Source: Tubiluchus corallicola (Eukaryota; Animalia; Priapulida). From it: 64,000 bases of DNA. The notes beneath the pieces were generated by a model. That model saw only the letters and a list, made by a program, of their open reading frames with translations. It had not been told where the DNA came from and made no database searches. The position numbers and the translations under genes were made by a program. The first letter of the stretch is position 1; the number at the start of each line of letters is the position of its first letter. Where the stretch lies: assembly GCA_030141605.1 (NCBI GenBank), contig JAQGDQ010000242.1, positions 186,001 to 250,000 on the forward strand, in the 5' to 3' direction. Below are positions 54,930 to 64,000 of this stretch, piece after piece.

Positions 54930-55420
54930 TGCGTCATTTACCGAACCGGGTAAAGAGTTCCATACTTGAACAACACGGTTGGAGAAGAAAACCCAAAATC
55001 TTTTTTATTCGTTATACGAACATAAAACTTGAGACTATGGTAGCTTTCTGTCCTATCAGTGAGTGCTCTTGTAAAAAAATTTTCAGAGTCTAAATCAACA
55101 TCGCAATGAATTAATTTATGTCACATGACCAAATAGTTTAATAATCGTCTTTCCTCTAACGATCTTAAATGAAAGGTTTAAAATCTTTCTGGATAGGTTT
55201 CATACATAAGTTCGGAGTTACATCTATAGTAAATCTTTGCATATTTTCAACGACATTTACATCTTTATAGAATGCCGGGCTATATATAGGGGAGCAATAT
55301 TCAACTGTCTCACATAAACTTATATATAGGGCTCTATATAGGGGAGCAATATTCAACTGTCGCACATAAACTTTAAATGCTTTAAGGAGAACGTTACTAG
55401 TTTTTTTTAGCAGTAATGAT
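54930..55420 (-). mobile_element. Decayed CR1/L2-group LINE ORF2 3' fragment
   Basis: frameshifted pieces AFKVYVR, VEYCSPIYSP...KDVNVVENMQRFT and SLEERRL; internal tandem duplication at 55277-55372. Confidence 0.75.
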
Positions 55421-56264
55421 CATGGTTATTCGATTATGCTTTGCATGTTGTTTGATAAATTGTTTCTAGAAAATGTATCAACACATTTTTCTTAAACTTC
55501 ATTCACAAAAACAAACAACATCAGGACAGAGGTGCATTAAAAGGAAATTCAGGACAGAGACCTAGAGTAAGCCAGTCCTTTTAAGGATAAGATGAGATGA
55601 GATAACGTAAATATTATTTAACGTCAATCATTTACATAAATAACATGAGCAGTTAAAGCTCTTTATCGACAATATCTAATTATAATATAAATTGATAAAA
55701 TAAAAATATAAAAGTCATCTTAGAATTTAGTATAGAAAAACTACAATCTACCTTAGTACAAATTAAAATAATGAAATTTTGGTTGATTTAAAAAAGGAAA
55801 AAATTAATATTATACTATATTAATATAATATTAAAAGCTATTGGTAATACATATATTATATAAAACTTCTAGTACAGAAAAAACTACAATATCTACTTTT
55901 AACATAAATACATCAAGATTGGCAGTCCGTAGATACAAAAACTAGTTCTATAAAATTTAGTTGATTCCAAAATAGAAAACTTAATAAATTGCTAATCTTA
56001 AAATACTGAAACTATTAAAAGATGAGTGTTTTATATTTAATTACTTAAAATTAACAGTAACTGATTAAATATTTTTGTAGATCTAATGAGGATTAGGAAG
56101 CTATATATCGTCTATGGAGTTAATAAAGATATCAGATATCGCCAGGTTACAGTAAGTTGCCTAAGAATTACGAGGTAAAATAAGACTATGAGATAGACAG
56201 ACCAAAGTTCAAGCTCTTACAGAACTGTATTTTGGCTGACTGAAAACTTGCACAATATTATTTA

Positions 56265-56463
56265 TTAGTTCGTGAAGGGGTTAGCGTTAGGGTTAGTGTG
56301 GTGTTACGCTTACGGTTAGGTTCAGGGCTACGGTTAGGTTTAGGATTAGGGTTAGGGTGGTGTTAGGGTTACGGTTATGTTTAGGGTTAAGGTTAGGGTG
56401 GCGTTAGGGTTACGGTTAGGATTAGGGTTTTTAAGTTGTGTAAGGAATTGTAAACATCTTCCT
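56265..56463 (+). repeat. TTAGGG-like cassette, third copy
   Basis: TAGTTCGTGAAGGGGTTAG...array...TTAAGTTGTGTAAGGAATTGTAAAC, same flanks as the 52.3 kb copy. Confidence 0.75.
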
Positions 56464-57791
56464 AATCTTTTAACCATGTAAACGCCTAAACAGAACCTTA
56501 TCTTTAACAACACAGGGAAATAATTCGGGTCTTTGTTGCTACCAAGTTGCTATGTATTGTCATTGATGACGATGTATTCAGTAAGACGCCAGTGACCAAG
56601 TTGTCCTCGTTGTCAATGCAACGTTCATAGCAACTCAGCAGTAAGTCGTCCGGATTATCGCCGAAAGGGCGGACTGAAGGTTTGTACGTAGTAAATGATA
56701 CAGGACTCTGATTAAAATAACACCAACGAACACGAGAATAGACCGCATTATTTCATTGATATTTATCGTGAAATCCTTATGATTCACTTAACTAAGCTAT
56801 TGCTCAATTCGTTTAGCACATTTGTCAGTATTTTTCGATATTCCATATAAGATAACATTCCACATCAGTACTAATAATGCACTAAAAGTAACATTTAATT
56901 GTCGCAGAACATTTGGCCCAGCTACGTTCCTGGTACAACTTGTTTGAAAAAAGTCCATGGGGTCGTTGCTATATCAAATTAATTATTTAATGTCTTTTGA
57001 AAAAATTCATTGGTGGTAAAAACATCATTTGTCTAAAAACTCATAAATAAATACCTCTTGGTAGACTGAGATTATATAATCTGAGATTATTATATAAAAC
57101 CGTTACTGTCATGACGCGGCTACTGCAAATGCGAATTAGTAAAACGTTAGTATAATTAAACGTTTTTTGCATCAGGCCAGAAAACTGGAGACTGAGTCGC
57201 AGGATGGGAACTAGCAGCGGGCTGGGTATGTTTATAAGTTTTATGTATTGCATTATTAGTCTATAAAATGCTGTGATTGTTAGCAATATTTGGGATCGGG
57301 GTCGACACGAATATCGATCCCGAATTTTTCCTAAATATCGAACCATGCTCCCGAACAGTCAGTCTAGTCCAAAACACTGCTTCCGAACCTTTCACGTTGC
57401 GTTTGCGGGTAAAACCTGCTCATTGGTTAGACAACATTTTTTCATTCAGGGTTCTGGGCACCTTTAATCACAGCTGAATGAAACAATTTCGATGCAATTT
57501 TCTTACCTTCATTTACTGATAATTATGTATACTGAATTGGGATCGGAAGTCCCGAAAAATTTCGATTTCGAACTCATTGTCTCGAACACCGGTCTCGAAC
57601 CATTAATCCAGACCCGAACCCCGTCCTCTCCTGAACCACTAACACCCCTAACAATTAGAGACATTGTATATGCGTCTAAAGCTAAAATAGTCTCGTGCTC
57701 TGTAATCTTTAGAACCCATGCATGTTAATCTACACGGTTCTATTATTATATGATTTTACAATTGCAGATTATTTTGTCTTGACTGTTTTAG

Positions 57792-57911
57792 ACATATCAA
57801 CAGCGGATTTAAAGCTGCGAATAGAGAATAAAACCGCATACGTAATTGATATAAGACAGCCTGACGAAGTGGTAAAAACTGGAATGATCCCATCTGCTAC
57901 GAATATTCCAT
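57792..57911 (+). CDS. Single-domain rhodanese-like protein (TSTD1/TSTD3/Hsp67Bb-like), exon A; upstream exon not identified
   Basis: ttttag / T|gtaagt; 120 nt; ISTADLKLRIENKTAYVIDIRQPDEVVKTGMIPSATNIP matches the rhodanese IDVRxxxE...GxIPxxxNIP motif. Confidence 0.88.
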
Positions 57912-58095
57912 GTAAGTTTGACTACCTAGATCTACTTTATTGATCGATTATAATTATGTAAGAATTCTTGAACAAGCACTCATAAAAATGTGCACTTCTT
58001 CTCTTTCACATAAGTCATTAGAAAGCGGTGATTAAATTCGATGCATATCTAATCATAGTCTGTTTCTTACTAAGGCACAGTCTTTCTCTCCCTCC

Positions 58096-58948
<853 letters not shown>

Positions 58949-60166
58949 AAGAGAGTGGGAGAGAGAGAGACAAAGAAAGAGAGAACAGACATACGCAGAG
59001 TTTTTACGTATAATTAGACCTAGGCAGAAGCAGTTATTATACCCAAAAACTCAATGCACGGTATTCGTGTCAAACCGAGTTTTATAAGAAGTTATTGAAT
59101 CAGTAGAGGGGAAAACAAGATGATCGTTCAGATCATTATTTGAATAAATTTAAGTGCACATATCAACCCTAGACAAAGTAGCAAAACAACACATTAATGC
59201 ATCATGAATGAGAAATGCAGTTTTGCAACGTTTTGCACTAGGAAAAAACTTCCTAGGTGTTTTCATGTGCCAGAAATCCTACTTGAACAAAAATGTGTGC
59301 ACAACCGAACGGACTAAGGTACCTTTTCAAGTTCAGTATTTCGTCGTAAAAGTTTATCTCTGATAATGGGGCTAGGTTCTGGTCCTACTATAGTCATCAG
59401 AAGCATACCTTGAAAGTGAATGTTGGATACCGGCTGACAACGTGCGGAACTGTATAAAAAATACCGTGCAGAAATGCATGTATTATTTCAAAAATCTTTT
59501 AAAATCCGTCTAAAAGAATTCGGAATCCATCGTTCATTAGAAAACTCGGTGACGTGTACTAGTAAACGGTCACAAATGAAAATGTGAAATTTTAGTAAAC
59601 TATGTACACCTTCTTTCCACTAATTTTTATTATCCAAACTCTTCTAAACTAAAGCTTGTGATACACCGAATCTCCCAGCTTCTCTTGCAAAGCGTCTGGC
59701 GTCCAATCTCTTAGCAGAAAAACAAAATGGGCGGCATTAAATTTATTTTTGCAATGGTTTCTTTTTAGGCCATTTATTCGTATAATAATTCGCGTGCCCA
59801 CTGGTCATTGACCGGTTGAGGAACAGACGCTGGACGCTGGACCCTAGATGCTCAAAAATGGGAAGAGCTTTTAGCGTCTGGCTTCCAACGTCCCCTGAAA
59901 AAACTTTAGCTTCACCAGTGGACAATATACTGCATACGTTCTTCTCGTTTTCAGACACTGGACACGGACTCCCGATGTTGGACGCTTTGGTGTATCACAG
60001 GTTTTAGCTCCGTAAGTTAGGTTTTTGATGTTTCAGTCGAAAATAAAAGAGAGCAATTATTATGATAACAAGTAAAAATTTAAACATGACCAAAATTTAT
60101 TTTTTTAGAACTAAAAATATCACCTATTGTTTCTAGTGAATTGTAATCGCATCTAACCTTTTGTAG

Positions 60167-60326
60167 CTAATGTCCTCGTACTGGCCCTGAAGCTGAGCCT
60201 ATTGAACTTTAAAGAACTATTTGAAAGAGACAAACCTCAAAAAACTGCAACTATTGTAATTTACAGCTCCTCTGATGAAGAAAGCCGAGGTGCTAGGAAA
60301 ACACTCGACGCTCTGGGATACAGAAA
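60167..60326 (+). CDS. Rhodanese-like protein exon B (active-site loop)
   Basis: ctaaccttttgtag / AA|gtacgt; 160 nt, phase 1->2; NVLVLALKLSLLNFKELFERDKPQKTATIVIYSSSDEESRGARKTLDALGYR. Confidence 0.87.
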
Positions 60327-61037
60327 GTACGTTAATTTAAAGGAAGACAGGATGATTTTTCATACAGTACCTCATTTCAAGTCCGATAAAATGTATACAT
60401 TTTCACACAAATAGTTAAATAATAGACTAAAAATTAATTAACGCCGGGGGAGCTCAGCTATTGATGACATCATAAACTAATATAATTTTCAACAGCAAAA
60501 ACATTCTACTATAGCGTGTTGCACGTGTTTGCGAAAGCGAAAATTGAAATATAGTGCTACTGTAAGACATTCAGTGTGTTGTACTAAAACTACGCAAGTT
60601 CTAAAATAAAAATTCAAATTAAAAATTCAAATTTCAAATTGACCGCTGTGCTCACGCACGTCACAAACTAACACATCTGAACTGAGAGGTACAGCACCTG
60701 TTTCTTGTGCAATGCGTTTCCGAAATGCAAGCGCTCGCCAGTACCCATCTAACTAGCGAATGACGAAATGCACGTAACAGTGAAGAACTAGTGGCGTGAA
60801 CGCAAAATCGTGTTTGAGTGGTAATAATTCTTTCACGTAAGTCATTTTTGAAAAAAATAGTATGCTTCCTTTCACTATTTTAAAGAGTAGATTGTTTTGA
60901 CCTGCAGTTTAAGATTGGGTCCGGTTTTGCTTTAATAAACATAGGAGATTAAACGTATATTAAAGAGTTTAAGAGCGGATGCCAGACGCTGTACACTTGG
61001 TGTATGGTGTATCACAGGTACAACAGAGAAAATCATG

Positions 61038-61394
61038 TCAATTGTTCCTTTTGTGTGGGCGGAAGCCACACTGTGGTTCTAGTAGTATCTCCTCAGCAAC
61101 AGGGAGCAGACGAATCTGCAGGATTCGTGTCATGTTTGGGTAAATATCACATATGGCTGAATCTCGTTTTTTAAGTTTCGTAACAGCGACACCATGTTTT
61201 AAGTTATCAGTATTTTTTTTCTGGTACCAAATTTCTATGATTAGCGAATGGACTTGTTCACCAAGAACGGCACCACTATACTTATACTCTTCTCTTTCGA
61301 CTCCACCCTGGAGGTTTGTAGGTGTTGTAATCTCATCAAGAGTAGGACGTCCGCCCATGAGTTCGCGATCTTGAGTTGAGAGGTTGAAGCGCAT
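61038..61394 (-). mobile_element. Decayed RTE-like LINE reverse-transcriptase fragment
   Basis: HSLIIEIW...KKRDSAIC...TRILQIRLLPVAEEILLEPQCGFRP matches the ILPESQCGFRP motif preceding the RT domain. Confidence 0.8.
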
Positions 61395-62136
61395 ATTGTT
61401 AAGTGTTTAATTACTAGACTTATTAGACGTTAATCATGGTTGTTTTTTTTCACTGTTAACTTTGGACCCAGAAATGTGCGGTAAGCTTTTCTTGCCCTTA
61501 AAACTTACCGTTTCTTACCGTTAAATCAAACGTTAAAACTTTTCGTTAAAAAACCAATGAACTTGTCCCCATTTTTACAATTTTTATGTTGTATAAAACT
61601 TTCATTAAATTGTTTCGTTTTTGTTTACGTGTTTCTTGAGTGTTAGTTACGTATAATTAGCATAAGAATTGGCTGGAGTTTTCAGTGAGTCGCCTCGCGC
61701 AGGTGTCATTTCGTATAGTCTCCTCTAGTTTAGTTATTCATCCATTAAATTGATTTAGCATTGCGCTGTACGACAGTTAAAATTACAAAGCTTCGCTAGC
61801 ATTAATTTTACATCTTTTTGCAAATACGTATTACAGTATTGCAGCCTATTACTGTTATAAAATCCCTGTTACTATGACAGTGCTGTGAGCATAACTGAAG
61901 AAAACAGCCTATATACAAAGGCTGTCTAATAAGGAAAAAGCAGCCAATGGAAAACAAATTAAAACTATAGTTACATCATTCACACAATTAAGAGAAGCTT
62001 ACTCGGTTGCAGGTATATAACTGATACTGTGATAACGCTATATGTATAGTAAAAATGAAGATTTTGAAGGTGATACTGCATAATTGGCTCCACTTTTTAG
62101 TAAATTTGTAATTTCACTCATTGTACATTTTGGCAG

Positions 62137-62269
62137 GACGTGGTACTACAAGGGAGGTTTAGAAGAGTGGCAAAAACACTGCAAGCTTCCTGGGTGCATC
62201 CACCCTCATGATCAAACTCTTGGCTTAGATATCATGTATGACCTCCTTGCAGGAAAAAACTCGAGTTAA
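62137..62269 (+). CDS. Rhodanese-like protein exon C (to stop codon)
   Basis: ttttggcag acceptor, phase 2; TWYYKGGLEEW (rhodanese C-terminal YxGGxxEW signature) ...GKNSS*. Confidence 0.87.
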
Positions 62270-62366
62270 TACGTAAATTGAGAGAAAACTGAATAAAAAA
62301 TTGAAAAACGGTGAGTAAATACAAAGAAATATCATGGCATTGTCACGAATTGTAACTTACTAGGTC

Positions 62367-63248
<882 letters not shown>

Positions 63249-63424
63249 TCCCGAATGTCGCTGAGCGTGCTTACGTCACAGCGGAGGCGGAGCGATGGAC
63301 CCATGTGCTTGACGATATGCAATTTGTACGATAGCGTTTTTTCACACTTTATGTGTTATCCGTGTGCTGTGTCTGAAAAGTTGTTTTTACGTTTTATTAA
63401 CAGAAGCCACGTACAGCATACAAT

Positions 63425-63793
63425 ATGATGCTTTTATCGGAAGTCTACAGAAGAAGAAGTCGAGATGATATCCGAGACTTCACTCAGATTTTGTTGGCAG
63501 AAACACTTGCTTTTCTAACCTCGCTTGGATTAACAATATATTTAGCATACATGCTAAACAAATATGCATTTGTATCGCTCTTTTTGACCTTCACGTTCCT
63601 ATTCATGCGCATGGGCAGTAAATTTGCGATACCGTTGTTTTTTCTGTCAGGTGCAGTAGCATTGATAACTGTAAAAAGCTTGTTTTTTATACCAATGATC
63701 ACTTTAGCCGTGGCATTGTTGTTCGTGCAGTTTGATATGATATTGATTGCATTTGTATGTTTATTGTCAACAGTCGGTATATTATTTGTTCAG
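63425..63793 (+). CDS. Exon of an unidentified multi-pass membrane protein
   Basis: 131-codon ORF with a charged N-terminus then several long hydrophobic stretches; acceptor at 63403, CAG|gtaaaa donor at 63793 (alternatively reads on to the stop at 63820). Confidence 0.55.
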
Positions 63794-64000
63794 GTAAAAA
63801 CTCGTTACATCTTTTTCTAGATTACGTGTTTTACCTCTTTCAATGTAAATTATTTAATGTTACGACACTTATTGGAAAAGCGTCAAGTATCTTGTCCCTA
63901 TGATATTTTGATTATGCAGCGTAATATTGTACTAGAATCATTAGATAAACTGTGCTGACTGCTGACATACGGTAAATCAATATAATTATGTTTTTGTAAA

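Noticed and set aside
54436-56151. Candidate first exons for the rhodanese gene (donors at 54664 and 56151)
   Set aside because: Phases do not match the phase-1 acceptor at 57792, and the bridging frame has a TAG; the true start remains unresolved

Overview
AT-rich, intron-rich animal (probably invertebrate) genomic DNA. The minus strand from about 2.2 to 46.4 kb carries the 5' part of a dystrophin/utrophin-family gene. Seventeen GT-AG exons (22298 down to 2255; 2381 nt) splice into one open frame covering CH1, CH2, hinge 1, spectrin repeats 1-3, hinge 2 and repeat 4 into repeat 5; the gene continues past the left edge. At least two phase-compatible alternative first coding exons lie upstream (35392-35452 and a utrophin-like one at 46182-46311). 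On the plus strand, three exons at 57.8-62.3 kb encode a single-domain rhodanese-like protein whose catalytic Cys is replaced by Ser; its first exon was not found. Its last two exons are enclosed by a near-perfect ~670 bp inverted repeat with (CT)/(GA) tracts. A hydrophobic membrane-protein ORF follows at 63.4 kb. Introns and intergenic DNA hold tRNA-SINEs, hAT elements with 8-bp TSDs, Helitron-like ends, MITEs, CR1- and RTE-like LINE relics, TTAGGG-like cassettes and long microsatellites. All analysis was by eye; family assignments come from recalled motifs, not database searches.
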